A stretch of 32,000 nucleotides of DNA from Chlamydiota bacterium (lineage in GTDB: Bacteria > Auribacterota > JACPWU01), in contig JACPWU010000056.1 in NCBI GenBank assembly GCA_016196885.1, positions 30,001 to 62,000 on the forward strand. Reading direction: 5' to 3'. Below are positions 7,958 through 16,687 of the stretch, in pieces. The translations under genes and the position numbers were made by a program. The notes under the pieces were generated by a model that was not told the origin of the DNA, ran no database searches, and saw only the letters and a list, made by a program, of their open reading frames with translations. Numbering within the stretch: the stretch's first letter is position 1; each line of letters begins with the position of its first letter.

Positions 7958-9004
7958 TTGAAGATGAAGATAGGTGCTGAAAAATCTACAACCCCCCTAG
8001 CCCGCATTTCTCATCACATTAGGGGGAGGGAATTTTCGGACATCCTGGGGTATTTATTCCCCCCTTTTTTTAAAAGGGGGGCTAGGGGGGTTGTATTCAT
8101 CATCCTGATTTTTTTTATGCGCCCTCTGTGCCACGCTGAAGATTCTGCACCACTCATCACCCTTTCGGCCGACAAAACGCAATCCTATCTTGGAGACCCC
8201 ATTCAGTTGACACTGACCCTAGAACGTCCTCAGTCTTCGGAGGTAAAGCCTCCCGAAATTGAAAAATATTTAACAGGGTTTAAATTAAAAGACTTAAATG
8301 TTGAAGAAAGGAAATTAAAAGGCGAAAGAATATCTTCAATTTTTACTTACGTGATTATTCCGTTGGAAGTGGGGACCTTGAATGTGGGACCTCTTTCTTT
8401 GGAGTACCATACAACTTTAAATCAGACTGAGGAACTTAAAACAAACGTTGTCTCTATCGAAGTAAAAAGCCTGATCAATTCCCAAGAACAAAATCCTGAT
8501 ATTCGGGGACCTAAACCTCTTCTTCAACTGAAGAGAAATTGGTTTTGGGCGTATGCGGCGCTTGCCCTTTTGATTCTTCTTGGAATGGGTGGTTGGTTTG
8601 TAGCAAGAAAGTCTCGGCTCTCTGAAGGAAGTCCTGTCCCTGTCGGTCCCATTTTAACTGCTGACGAAGTGGCCCTGAAAAAGCTAGAGGAGCTCTCACG
8701 TTCTTCCCTTTTAAAGGAAGGAAAGATAAAAGAGGTTTATTCTCAACTTTCGGATATCCTTCGAGAATATTTAGAAAAGCGTTATCATTTTAATTGTCTG
8801 GAAATGACCACTTATGAGGCACTAAAATTTCTAAAAGAAGAGAAATTTCCTTCGGGTTTGATGGAAAAATTAAGAGAATTGTTGAATGAATCGGATCTGG
8901 TGAAATTTGCAAAATACATTCCCGAAGTTTCTCAGTTTCCGTTAGATATTCAAAAAGGAAAGGAAATCATAGAGCAGACGAAGGAGGCTTCTCATGCGCC
9001 TTGA
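7958..9004 (+). CDS. Membrane protein with a BatD-like N-terminal domain fused to a DUF4381-like TM and helical C-terminal domain
   Basis: It occupies the operon slot normally held by a small DUF4381 protein. The TM helix is WFWAYAALALLILLGMGGWFV, followed by a helical tail (EVYSQLSDILREYLEKRY...DLVKFAKY). The start is uncertain: TTG 7958, ATG 7964 or ATG 8117. A palindromic repeat occupies codons 10-46. Confidence 0.6.
   Translation: MKMKIGAEKSTTPLARISHHIRGREFSDILGYLFPPFFKRGARGVVFIILIFFMRPLCHAEDSAPLITLSADKTQSYLGDPIQLTLTLERPQSSEVKPPEIEKYLTGFKLKDLNVEERKLKGERISSIFTYVIIPLEVGTLNVGPLSLEYHTTLNQTEELKTNVVSIEVKSLINSQEQNPDIRGPKPLLQLKRNWFWAYAALALLILLGMGGWFVARKSRLSEGSPVPVGPILTADEVALKKLEELSRSSLLKEGKIKEVYSQLSDILREYLEKRYHFNCLEMTTYEALKFLKEEKFPSGLMEKLRELLNESDLVKFAKYIPEVSQFPLDIQKGKEIIEQTKEASHAP
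7987..8095. repeat. Palindromic element with 17-bp perfect arms (tacaacccccctagccc / gggctaggggggttgta) and a 75-nt spacer
   Basis: The arms are at 7987-8003 and 8079-8095. The spacer contains the hairpin cccccctttt-ttt-aaaagggggg (8059-8081). Confidence 0.75.
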
Positions 9005-9983
9005 ATCTCCTTTTTATCTTTTGCTCTTTCTTGTGCTCGGGCTCTTTTATTTTCTTTATCATAAATTTTCACAAAAATCTCATGCCTCTTTAAAATGTTC
9101 GCTTGTTTCAACCTTGCCAAAAAAATCAGACTGGAAAACGCGGATTTTTCAGAAATCTTTTTTTCTTCGTTTGCTGGCTCTTGCCCTTCTCATCATGGGA
9201 CTTTCCCGTCCCCAATCTGGAGAGTCCTATGAGGAATATCTCACGGAAGGAATTGATATCATTTTAACCCTGGATGCCTCAGGGAGTATGCTGGCCGAAG
9301 ATTTTAGCCCTAAAAATCGCCTGGAGGTTGCTAAGGAAAAGATGACCGAATTTATTCGGGTGAGAAAGGCAGATCGCATCGGACTCGTGGTTTTTGGAGA
9401 AGACAGTTTCACACTTTGTCCGATGACCTCCGACAACACTTTTCTCCTCAACCGTGTTCAAGAGTTAAAGGTGGGAATGGTTCCTGAGGATAAGACGGCG
9501 ATGGGTCTAGGTCTGGCGAATGCCCTGAATCGTTTGCGCGAGTCTCATGCCAAAAGTAGAGTCATTGTTCTTTTGACAGATGGGATGAACAATGCCGGAA
9601 AAATTGACCCCTTGACAGCAGCTCAATTGGCCAAGGCTTTAAATGTAAAGGTCTATACGATCGGCATTGGAAAAGAGGGCTTTGTTCGCATTCCTGTTCA
9701 AGATCCTTTTGGGAGAAAAACATATGCCAAGATGAAGACGGAAATTGACGAGGACACGCTTAAAAAAATTTCTCAGGAGACAGGAGGACTTTATTTTAGG
9801 GCTACCTCAGAGGACGCACTCGAAAAAATTTATAAAACCATCAATGACATGGAAAAAACGGAAATTAAAACAAAAATTTATACTGATTATCATGAGCTTT
9901 TTTTGATTTTCGTATGGTTAGGGCTTTTGATTTTTCTCATCGAGAGAATTGCGGCTAGGACATGGCTGCGAGTTTTGCCGTAA
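8994..9983 (+). CDS. batA: vWA domain protein BatA
   Basis: N-terminal TM helices, MIDAS motif DIILTLDASGSM, a C-terminal TM helix, and Bat operon context. Confidence 0.85.
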   Translation: MRLESPFYLLLFLVLGLFYFLYHKFSQKSHASLKCSLVSTLPKKSDWKTRIFQKSFFLRLLALALLIMGLSRPQSGESYEEYLTEGIDIILTLDASGSMLAEDFSPKNRLEVAKEKMTEFIRVRKADRIGLVVFGEDSFTLCPMTSDNTFLLNRVQELKVGMVPEDKTAMGLGLANALNRLRESHAKSRVIVLLTDGMNNAGKIDPLTAAQLAKALNVKVYTIGIGKEGFVRIPVQDPFGRKTYAKMKTEIDEDTLKKISQETGGLYFRATSEDALEKIYKTINDMEKTEIKTKIYTDYHELFLIFVWLGLLIFLIERIAARTWLRVLP

Positions 9984-9996
9984 AGAGGTCTACAAA

Positions 9997-11049
9997 ATGC
10001 GCTTTGCAAATGCTTGGGTTTTATATTTAATCTGGATGCTGATCCCCATTCTATTTATTTTTTGGAGAGATTCTTACCAGAGGAAAAAAATTCTTTCAAA
10101 GTGGGGAGGCGTTAAGACGATAGAGCGTCTAACCCCCTCTTTAAGCCTTAAAAAAAGACGCGCTCGAAAAATTTTAGAGATCTTAGGTCTGCTTTTTATT
10201 CTCTTGGCCTTGGCAAGGCCTCAGGGAGGAAAGAAGGAGAGGGTGCTTCAGGGCAAGGGACTGGAAATTGTGATCGCGGTGGATACTTCAACGAGCATGC
10301 TGGCGGAGGATTATCCGCCCAACCGGCTCAGCAAGGCCAAGCAAGAATTAACGGAACTCGTCGAAAAGTTAAATGGAAATCGAATGGCGCTCGTCGCCTT
10401 TGCAGGGGTGCCTGTTACGCTTTGCCCGCTCACACTGGATACCAGTGCCCTCAAGGTCTATCTGGATATTCTGGACACACAATTGATTGGAATCCAAGGA
10501 ACTGGAATTGGAAGGGCCCTTCGTCACGCCCTCACCCTTTTTGATAAAAATAAGTCTCACGACCGCTTGATCGTGCTTTTAACGGATGGCGAGGATCACG
10601 AAACAGACCTTGTCACCGCTCTTAAAGAAGCGGTCGCGATGGGGGTTAAGATTTACACCATTGGGATTGGTGCCTCCTCAGGCGAGCCGATTCCTCTTTT
10701 AGATGAAAAAGGACAGAAGGCTGGACACAAGCGCGACGAGAAGGGAGAGATTGTGTTGACGCACTTGGACGAAAAAACATTGCAAGAGATAGCGAACGTC
10801 ACGGGAGGGACTTATTATCGGGCCAGCAGAGCGGAAGGGGAGGTTAAATATATTTTAAGAGACGTACAAAAAATGGAGAAGGGTCTCTTCGGGCAAAAGA
10901 ACGTGGTTCAATATGAAGAGAAATTTCAAATTCCTCTTTTGATCGGATTTATTTTGTGGCTTATGGCTGAATGTTTGGGCGAGCGAAGGGAACAGTGGAG
11001 GTCCCTCAAGGACAGGATTTTTAAGGGGGAGGTCCGAACGTTATCATGA
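9997..11049 (+). CDS. batB: vWA domain protein BatB
   Basis: Start chosen at MRFANAWVLYLIW, with AAGAGG upstream. MIDAS motif EIVIAVDTSTSM. It is a paralog of BatA. Confidence 0.85.
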   Translation: MRFANAWVLYLIWMLIPILFIFWRDSYQRKKILSKWGGVKTIERLTPSLSLKKRRARKILEILGLLFILLALARPQGGKKERVLQGKGLEIVIAVDTSTSMLAEDYPPNRLSKAKQELTELVEKLNGNRMALVAFAGVPVTLCPLTLDTSALKVYLDILDTQLIGIQGTGIGRALRHALTLFDKNKSHDRLIVLLTDGEDHETDLVTALKEAVAMGVKIYTIGIGASSGEPIPLLDEKGQKAGHKRDEKGEIVLTHLDEKTLQEIANVTGGTYYRASRAEGEVKYILRDVQKMEKGLFGQKNVVQYEEKFQIPLLIGFILWLMAECLGERREQWRSLKDRIFKGEVRTLS

Positions 11050-11846
11050 GTGAGAAAAATTTTTTATTTTGTCTCTGGCTTTTGACATTTCCCTTTCTCT
11101 TCGGTTTCTCAAAGTATCAAGAGGCCCGAAGTGGAGATGAGGCCTATCAAAAGGGTGATTATGATAAAGCTATTCAAAAATATGAAGAGGTTTTAAAAAG
11201 AGAAGAGAATGCTTCTATTTTTTTTGATTTAGGGAACGCCTATTTTCAGAAAAAATCTTTTGACGAGGCCAAAAATTTTTATCAGAAATCTTTTAGCACA
11301 AAAGAAAAGGGTCTTGCCGCTTTGACCCATTACAGTTTGGGGAATTGCGCCTATCGCAGGGGTGAGTATCCAGAGGCCTTGGAGTGGTATCAGAAGGCGA
11401 TGGAAGAAGATCCCAAGGACATGGATTCAAAATATAATTATGAATTGACGCTGAAGAAGATGAAAGAAGAAGAGGAGAAAAAAGAAAAGAAGGAAGAACA
11501 AGCCCAAGAGCAAAAATCAAAGGAAGAGAAGGCTTCATCCGAAAAAGAATCTGATCAGAAACAGGAAAAGGGTGAAGAGGCACAGCAAGGAAAAATGAAG
11601 GAAGAGAAAAATCAAGAAGAAAAAAAGAAAGAGGGAGAGGCTTTAGAAAAAAAGAAGGACCGCCACAAAAAGAAAAAACAAGCTTCGAGTGCACAAAAGG
11701 CTCAAGAGAAAAAAAATCCAGAGGCTGTGAAAAAAGAAGAGGCCCTGAGGGTGTTAGATGTTGTGAACAATGAAAAAAAAGATTTGATTTGGAATTTGGT
11801 TCGCAACAAAAACGAAGAGAGAGAGAAACAAGAAAAAGACTGGTGA
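11046..11846 (+). CDS. batC: TPR protein BatC with a long Lys/Glu-rich C-terminal tail
   Basis: ATGA overlap with batB. TPR repeats fall in residues about 30-130, followed by roughly 130 aa of K/E low complexity. Confidence 0.75.
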   Translation: MSEKNFLFCLWLLTFPFLFGFSKYQEARSGDEAYQKGDYDKAIQKYEEVLKREENASIFFDLGNAYFQKKSFDEAKNFYQKSFSTKEKGLAALTHYSLGNCAYRRGEYPEALEWYQKAMEEDPKDMDSKYNYELTLKKMKEEEEKKEKKEEQAQEQKSKEEKASSEKESDQKQEKGEEAQQGKMKEEKNQEEKKKEGEALEKKKDRHKKKKQASSAQKAQEKKNPEAVKKEEALRVLDVVNNEKKDLIWNLVRNKNEEREKQEKDW

Positions 11847-11865
11847 GGGATGGGATAGATGTTTT

Positions 11866-13743
11866 ATGATGAAGGGCATGATTTTTATTAAAAACAAGTT
11901 CATTATTTTTGTGATCCTCTTTGCCGCATCTGGATTTATCTGGGCCGATGATTGGGTGAAGACGACGGTGGATCGTCACAAAATTCCTGTCAACGAGAGC
12001 ACCGTCCTCACCCTCACGCTTTCAGGAAATGACTTCGAGAAGCCTGAGCTTCCTAAGATAGAAGGTTTTGATGCTTATGCGGCAGGACAGTCACAAAATG
12101 TGACCCTCATCAATGGTAAGATGTCGAGTTCTCAAACTTACACTTTTATTTTACAGCCCAAGACCTTAGGTACATTTACCATTCCGGCGATTCAAGTGAC
12201 GCAGGAGGGTCAAATTCATCAAACGGATCCGATTCAGGTAGAGGTTGTAGAGGCCTCCCTTCTGCCCACTCGAAAAGCTCAGAGATCTTCCTCTCTTTTA
12301 CCAGAAGGCGAAAACACCTCTGAAGAAAACACTGAAAATGGGAAAGCCGTTTTTGTAGAAGCGGATGTAGATAAAAAAGAGGCCTGCGTGGGGGAGCAGG
12401 TCACTTATGCATTTAAACTTTATCGCCGGGTCAATCTGATGGGGCAACCTGCTTATGCGCCTCCTGATTTTACCGGCTTTTGGAAAGAGGATTTACCGCC
12501 CGAAAAAAATTACTATGAGAGGGTGGAAAATCAAAAATATCTGGTTTCAGAGCTGGATGTAGCCCTTTTTCCGACCACTTCGGGAGATCTCTCCATTGGC
12601 CCTGCTAAACTGACCTGCCAAATTCCAGCGCGAAGCCGCCATCGAGATTCTTTTTCGGTCTTCAATGAGGACCCTTTTGAATTCTTCAATTCAGATCCCT
12701 TTGAAATGTTTTCTGGAAGGAAAGTCTCGCTGGCGACAAATCCCATTGCCATCAAAGTCCTTCCCTTGCCTCAGGAAAATGTGCCACCCCATTTTTCCGG
12801 GGCCGTGGGTTCTTTTGAAATTCATGCCCAAGTGGATAAGAAAGAAGTCAAGGCTCAACAACCCATCACATTTTCAATCACCCTTGAAGGCAAAGGCAAT
12901 ATTGAGACACTCGCGCAACCCAAATTCAAATGGGGTCAGGACTTTAAAATTTATGACTCTGGAGAGTCCACAGATTCTCAAAAAGAGGGGGGAGTGATTC
13001 ATGGAAAAAAAGTTTTCAAGAAGGTGATCATTCCCATCAAAGATGGAAACTTGAAGATCCCTTCCGTTTCCTTTTCATTTTTTGATCCTGAGAAGAAAAC
13101 GTATCAGACAGTCAAAACGTCTCCTATTCTTTTAAAAATAAAACCCGCTGAAACAGAAGTCGCCTCAGAAACAATACCGGTTGTGAAACCACAAGAAAAA
13201 AGCACTCAGAAAGAACCGACCCTTCTCCAACAAGACATTTCTTTTATCAAAACAGATTTCCAACATTTTAGAAATGTGGCGAATCTTCCCCAGCCCAAAA
13301 CGCTTGCCTTCACATTAATTTTTCCTTTTTCGCTTCTCTTCTTGTCGGCCTTGATTCACTTACGACGAAGGGGTATGGAGAAAAATCAAGGGCTTTTCAT
13401 GGCCAGACGCGCTTATCGAAAGGCCCTTTCTCAGCTCAAATCTCTCCAACGTTCGCTCAAGGAAGGGGATTCTCAAGGGCTCTCAACCCAGTGGGAAAAG
13501 ATTCTCACGGACTATCTTTCCTCTCGGTTGAACATTCCGGTTCTGGGTTATTCATCCAGTGAATTAGAAATGGAATTACAAAAAAGAAACTATGAAAACA
13601 CCCTGATTCAGAATCTCAGAGCCTTAATGGAAGAGCTTCATTTTGGAAGATTTACACCTGATTCATTAAGCGCTGATCAAAAAATAGGAGTCTTTAAACG
13701 CATACAAGATCTTTTAGGACGCATGGAGAAAGTTAAATCGTGA
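11866..13743 (+). CDS. batD: BatD (oxygen-tolerance family) protein
   Basis: 625 aa, with a signal/anchor at the N-terminus, repeated beta-rich domains, a TM helix near residue 490 and a helical C-terminus. Its operon position fits BatD. Confidence 0.75.
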   Translation: MMKGMIFIKNKFIIFVILFAASGFIWADDWVKTTVDRHKIPVNESTVLTLTLSGNDFEKPELPKIEGFDAYAAGQSQNVTLINGKMSSSQTYTFILQPKTLGTFTIPAIQVTQEGQIHQTDPIQVEVVEASLLPTRKAQRSSSLLPEGENTSEENTENGKAVFVEADVDKKEACVGEQVTYAFKLYRRVNLMGQPAYAPPDFTGFWKEDLPPEKNYYERVENQKYLVSELDVALFPTTSGDLSIGPAKLTCQIPARSRHRDSFSVFNEDPFEFFNSDPFEMFSGRKVSLATNPIAIKVLPLPQENVPPHFSGAVGSFEIHAQVDKKEVKAQQPITFSITLEGKGNIETLAQPKFKWGQDFKIYDSGESTDSQKEGGVIHGKKVFKKVIIPIKDGNLKIPSVSFSFFDPEKKTYQTVKTSPILLKIKPAETEVASETIPVVKPQEKSTQKEPTLLQQDISFIKTDFQHFRNVANLPQPKTLAFTLIFPFSLLFLSALIHLRRRGMEKNQGLFMARRAYRKALSQLKSLQRSLKEGDSQGLSTQWEKILTDYLSSRLNIPVLGYSSSELEMELQKRNYENTLIQNLRALMEELHFGRFTPDSLSADQKIGVFKRIQDLLGRMEKVKS

Positions 13744-14501
13744 AAAGCAGATGGCGTCAAAAAATTATTTTCTTTGCCTTGGGAGGGATGTGTTTTTGTG
13801 CTCAGGCCGCTTCTGTCCATGAAACGCTTTTTCGAGAGGCTCAGACGGCCTACGCCGACGGAAATTTTGAAAAGGCTTTAGAAGGCTTTGAAGGATTAGA
13901 AGAAGCAGGTTTTGTTTCAGGAGAGATTGATTTTAATATCGGCAATTGCTATTTCAAACTTCAAAAATGGGGGAAGGCCTTGCTCTTCTACGAAAGGGCC
14001 TCGAGGCTTTTGAAAAGGGATTCAGAAATCAAAACCAATCTCAAGATCACTCGCTCTAAAATCAAGGATCAGGTTTCTACCCCCGCAAAGCCCTTTTTTC
14101 TAAAGCCGTTTGACGCTCTTACACATTTTCTAAATTCTTGGGAACTGGCACTCCTCAATGTTATGATCGCTTGGCTTTTGATTCTTGCTCTTTCGATAGG
14201 GCTCTTTTTCCCTCAAAAATTTAAGAGGATAAAAGGATTCATTTGCCTCCTTCTCCTGATTCAAATTTTCTCTTTCGTTCCCTGGCTCATGATTCATGAA
14301 GAGGAAAAAAATTCCAAGGCTATTATTCTTTCAGAGGAAGTGGAAGTGCTGAGCGGCCCCGGCCCTTCTTTTCCTGTGAGCTTCAAAATTCATGAGGGCT
14401 CAAAGGTTGACATTCAGGAAGAGGGGGGAGTGTGGTCTCAAATATCTCTTCCCAATGGGCTCTCGGGATGGGTACAATCTGGGGGTTATGAACGAATATA
14501 A
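13740..14501 (+). CDS. batE: BatE-like TPR plus SH3b domain membrane protein
   Basis: GTGA overlap with batD. TPR at the N-terminus, two TM helices, and an SH3b-like C-terminus (VEVLSGPGPSFPVSFKIHEGSKVDIQEEGGVWSQISLPNGLSGWV). Confidence 0.7.
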   Translation: MKSRWRQKIIFFALGGMCFCAQAASVHETLFREAQTAYADGNFEKALEGFEGLEEAGFVSGEIDFNIGNCYFKLQKWGKALLFYERASRLLKRDSEIKTNLKITRSKIKDQVSTPAKPFFLKPFDALTHFLNSWELALLNVMIAWLLILALSIGLFFPQKFKRIKGFICLLLLIQIFSFVPWLMIHEEEKNSKAIILSEEVEVLSGPGPSFPVSFKIHEGSKVDIQEEGGVWSQISLPNGLSGWVQSGGYERI

Positions 14502-15138
14502 AACGAAGACCCTGGAAATTCTTCTTCAGCTTTTTTTCCTCTTTCTCTCGATTGTTCTGCATGAGTGTGCGCATGGTCTTGTGGCGCTTGCAAGGGGAGA
14601 CCGCACTGCGAAAGAGGAGGGTCGGCTCACGCTGAATCCGCTTCCTCACATAGACCCTTTCGGAACCGTCATCCTTCCGCTTCTGCAATGGTTTTTTATC
14701 GGAAATGTTTTTTTTGGTTATGCGAAACCTGTCCCCGTCAATCCCTTTCGGTTGAAGAATCCCAGAAAAGACATGTTTTGGGTGGGCTTGGCCGGCCCCC
14801 TGACAAACCTTGTATTGGGTCTTGGCTCAGGACTCCTTCTGAAGTTTTATTTCAAGCAAGAGCTTGCCTTGCCCCTTTTTCTCGTTCATCCCCTCATGAT
14901 GATCTCTGTCATGAATTTCTGGCTCATGCTCGTCAACTTCGTTCCGATCCCTCCCTTGGATGGCTCCCGAATGCTGCAGAGCCTTCTTCCGGAGCGTTTG
15001 ATTCCAAAATGGGTCACATCTGACCAACTGGGTTTCTTTGTCCTTTTCCTCCTCATTGCCACGGGCTTCTTTGATAAAATTTTATCTCCTCTTTTAAATG
15101 GACTCATCCGCTGGGTGCTGGGTCTGCCAGTGGGGTAA
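14488..15138 (+). CDS. Site-2 protease family (peptidase M50) intramembrane metalloprotease
   Basis: HECAHG (HExxH) in the first TM helix and NFVPIPPLDGSRM (NxxPxxxLDG). Start chosen at MNEYK with a GGGGG RBS. It overlaps batE by 14 nt. Confidence 0.85.
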   Translation: MNEYKTKTLEILLQLFFLFLSIVLHECAHGLVALARGDRTAKEEGRLTLNPLPHIDPFGTVILPLLQWFFIGNVFFGYAKPVPVNPFRLKNPRKDMFWVGLAGPLTNLVLGLGSGLLLKFYFKQELALPLFLVHPLMMISVMNFWLMLVNFVPIPPLDGSRMLQSLLPERLIPKWVTSDQLGFFVLFLLIATGFFDKILSPLLNGLIRWVLGLPVG

Positions 15139-15156
15139 CGAGGGTTAACAAAAGTC

Positions 15157-15903
15157 ATGACTCCATCAAAAACCATTCTCACCATCGCGGGTTCTGATCC
15201 CAGTGGAGGAGCGGGGCTCCAGAGAGATCTTGAGACTTTCCGGGATTGCGAGATGCCAGGGGTTTCTGTGGTGACGACGGTCACGTCTCAGGTTCTGGAC
15301 GAATTTAGAAGTCTTTATGCCCTGCCGCTCAAGATGATTTCTCAACAGCTTTCAATTCTTTTGGAAAATTATTCTATTGCTTGGGCGAAAACGGGCCTCA
15401 TTTTTAAGAGGCAGACAATGGACCTTTTGTGCCGTGTTTTTAAAAGACACCCTGAGATTAAATTGATTGTGGATCCGATCATGAAGGCCTCTGCAGGGCC
15501 TTGTTTATTACAACCCAAGGCCCTGCCTTCTTTGAAAAATCTTTTTCAATATGCCTATGGGGTCACGCCCAATCTCTCTGAAGCAGAAATTTTAAGCGAT
15601 GAAAAAATTTTGGATGTAGGCGGCATGCGTAAAGCAGCCTTAAAAATTTATAGACTGGGGCCTCGCCATGTGATCATCAAGGGAGGGCATTTGCCGGGGG
15701 AGCCTGTGGATCTTTTTTATGATGGCAAGGACTTCCATGAATTTCCCAAAAAACGGATTGAGGGAGGCCATTTTCATGGCCTGGGCTGCAGATTTTCTGC
15801 AGCCCTTACTGCCTTTCTAGGGCGAGATTTTTCTATGTTAGACGCCCTTTCTAAAGCAGAGGATTATGTGCATCAGGAAATTCAGAAAAACTGTAAACTT
15901 TAG
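15157..15903 (+). CDS. thiD: Hydroxymethylpyrimidine/phosphomethylpyrimidine kinase
   Basis: LTIAGSDPSGGAGLQRDLETF N-terminal motif, with length and C-terminal GLGCRFSAAL typical of ThiD. Confidence 0.88.
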   Translation: MTPSKTILTIAGSDPSGGAGLQRDLETFRDCEMPGVSVVTTVTSQVLDEFRSLYALPLKMISQQLSILLENYSIAWAKTGLIFKRQTMDLLCRVFKRHPEIKLIVDPIMKASAGPCLLQPKALPSLKNLFQYAYGVTPNLSEAEILSDEKILDVGGMRKAALKIYRLGPRHVIIKGGHLPGEPVDLFYDGKDFHEFPKKRIEGGHFHGLGCRFSAALTAFLGRDFSMLDALSKAEDYVHQEIQKNCKL

Positions 15904-15989
15904 ATTCCCGATTAAACCCAGAAGTTGCAATCTGTCCTTGGGTTTTAGAATGATCTTGCGTCCTTTCCCTCCTATGCTATCCTATCCCC

Positions 15990-16460
15990 ATGAAACATCT
16001 CTGGGCGCCTTGGCGGCTCCATTACATCAAGCACGCAAAAGAAAAGGTCTGTATTTTCTGTCAGAAGTCTCGCGGAAAAAAGGACAGAAAAAATCTCATC
16101 TTAAAAAGGGGACGGCTCTCTTTTGCCCTTCTCAATCTCTTTCCTTATAACAGCGGCCACTTTATGGTCACGCCTTATCGGCATGTTGGAAAGCTGGAAA
16201 AATTAAACGCATCTGAAATTCAGGAAATGTTTGAGTTGATCAATCATTATAAAAATGTCATTGAAAAGAAACTGAGGCCGCAAGGATTTAACATTGGAAT
16301 GAATTTGGGTCGGGTGGGGGGTGCAGGGATTGTAGATCATGTGCATATACATGTGGTTCCTCGCTGGAATGGAGATACCAATTTTATGCCGGTTTTGGCG
16401 GATACAAAAATCATCCCTCAGGCCTTGGATGAAACGTACCTCATGATGAATGAGAAATGA
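15990..16460 (+). CDS. HIT (histidine triad) family nucleotide hydrolase/transferase
   Basis: Histidine triad HVHIHVVPRW, with the N-terminal WAPWRLHYI motif. Confidence 0.88.
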   Translation: MKHLWAPWRLHYIKHAKEKVCIFCQKSRGKKDRKNLILKRGRLSFALLNLFPYNSGHFMVTPYRHVGKLEKLNASEIQEMFELINHYKNVIEKKLRPQGFNIGMNLGRVGGAGIVDHVHIHVVPRWNGDTNFMPVLADTKIIPQALDETYLMMNEK

Positions 16461-16490
16461 ATGAGCAAGTTCCCCCTTTTTTTTCTCTTT

Positions 16491-16504
16491 AATCATGCAT
16501 GATT
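16491..16504. repeat. 14-bp perfect palindrome AATCATGCATGATT
   Basis: Read directly. A related ATGCATTGATT lies next to the second three-way-junction repeat (minus strand of 28969-28979). Confidence 0.6.
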
Positions 16505-16539
16505 TTTGCAAATCATCGTGAGCGATAAAATTCCAGTCT

Positions 16540-16617
16540 CCCCTCCTTTGTACCCCAAAGGGGCTATTCGTTGAGGAGGGGTAGGGGAGGTAGAGTGCGG
16601 GACCTGTGATCTCTACC
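16540..16617 (+). repeat. C-tract/G-tract hairpin module (two stem-loops)
   Basis: 8-bp stem cccctcct/aggagggg (16540-16581) enclosing cccc-aaa-gggg. 7-bp stem ggtagag/ctctacc (16589-16617). Confidence 0.6.
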
Positions 16618-16636
16618 CCCGCTAACTCCCCTTTTC

Positions 16637-16687
16637 TTTGTAGTCGCCCCACTTATGGGGCTGCCCGATGAATCGGGCGACTACAAA
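16637..16687 (+). repeat. REP-like three-way-junction palindrome, copy 1
   Basis: Outer stem tttgtagtc/gactacaaa. Inner hairpins gcccca-ctta-tggggc and gcccga-tgaa-tcgggc. The 5' end is GTAG-initiated. Confidence 0.8.

Noticed and set aside
11293-11979. 228-aa ORF on the minus strand opposite batC and the batD start
   Set aside because: It lies antisense to the purine-rich Lys/Glu tail of batC. Its translation is low-complexity F/L/S/P filler with no motifs. A stop-free antisense frame is expected for such composition.
14565-15284. Nested ORFs 14565-15023 (+) and 14886-15284 (-) inside the M50 protease and thiD region
   Set aside because: The alternative frames have Arg/Ser/Pro-rich, motif-free translations. 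The annotated frames carry clear HExxH/LDG and ThiD motifs.
15914-15945. Hairpin aaaccca-N18-tgggttt after thiD as an intrinsic terminator
   Set aside because: The stem is AT-rich with only 7 bp and a large loop, and only a short T-run follows. That is too weak to call.
16203-16652. 149-aa minus-strand ORF spanning the HIT gene 3' half and the repeat-rich spacer
   Set aside because: It is antisense to a well-supported HIT CDS. Its N-terminal part is encoded by the palindromic repeat modules, giving repeat-derived pseudo-protein.
16637-16687. Hammerhead or other small self-cleaving ribozyme, suggested by the three-way junction
   Set aside because: The junction has essentially no unpaired nucleotides (a single T). 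The CUGAUGA and GAAA core strands are absent. Copy 2 tolerates a 24-nt insertion at the junction.
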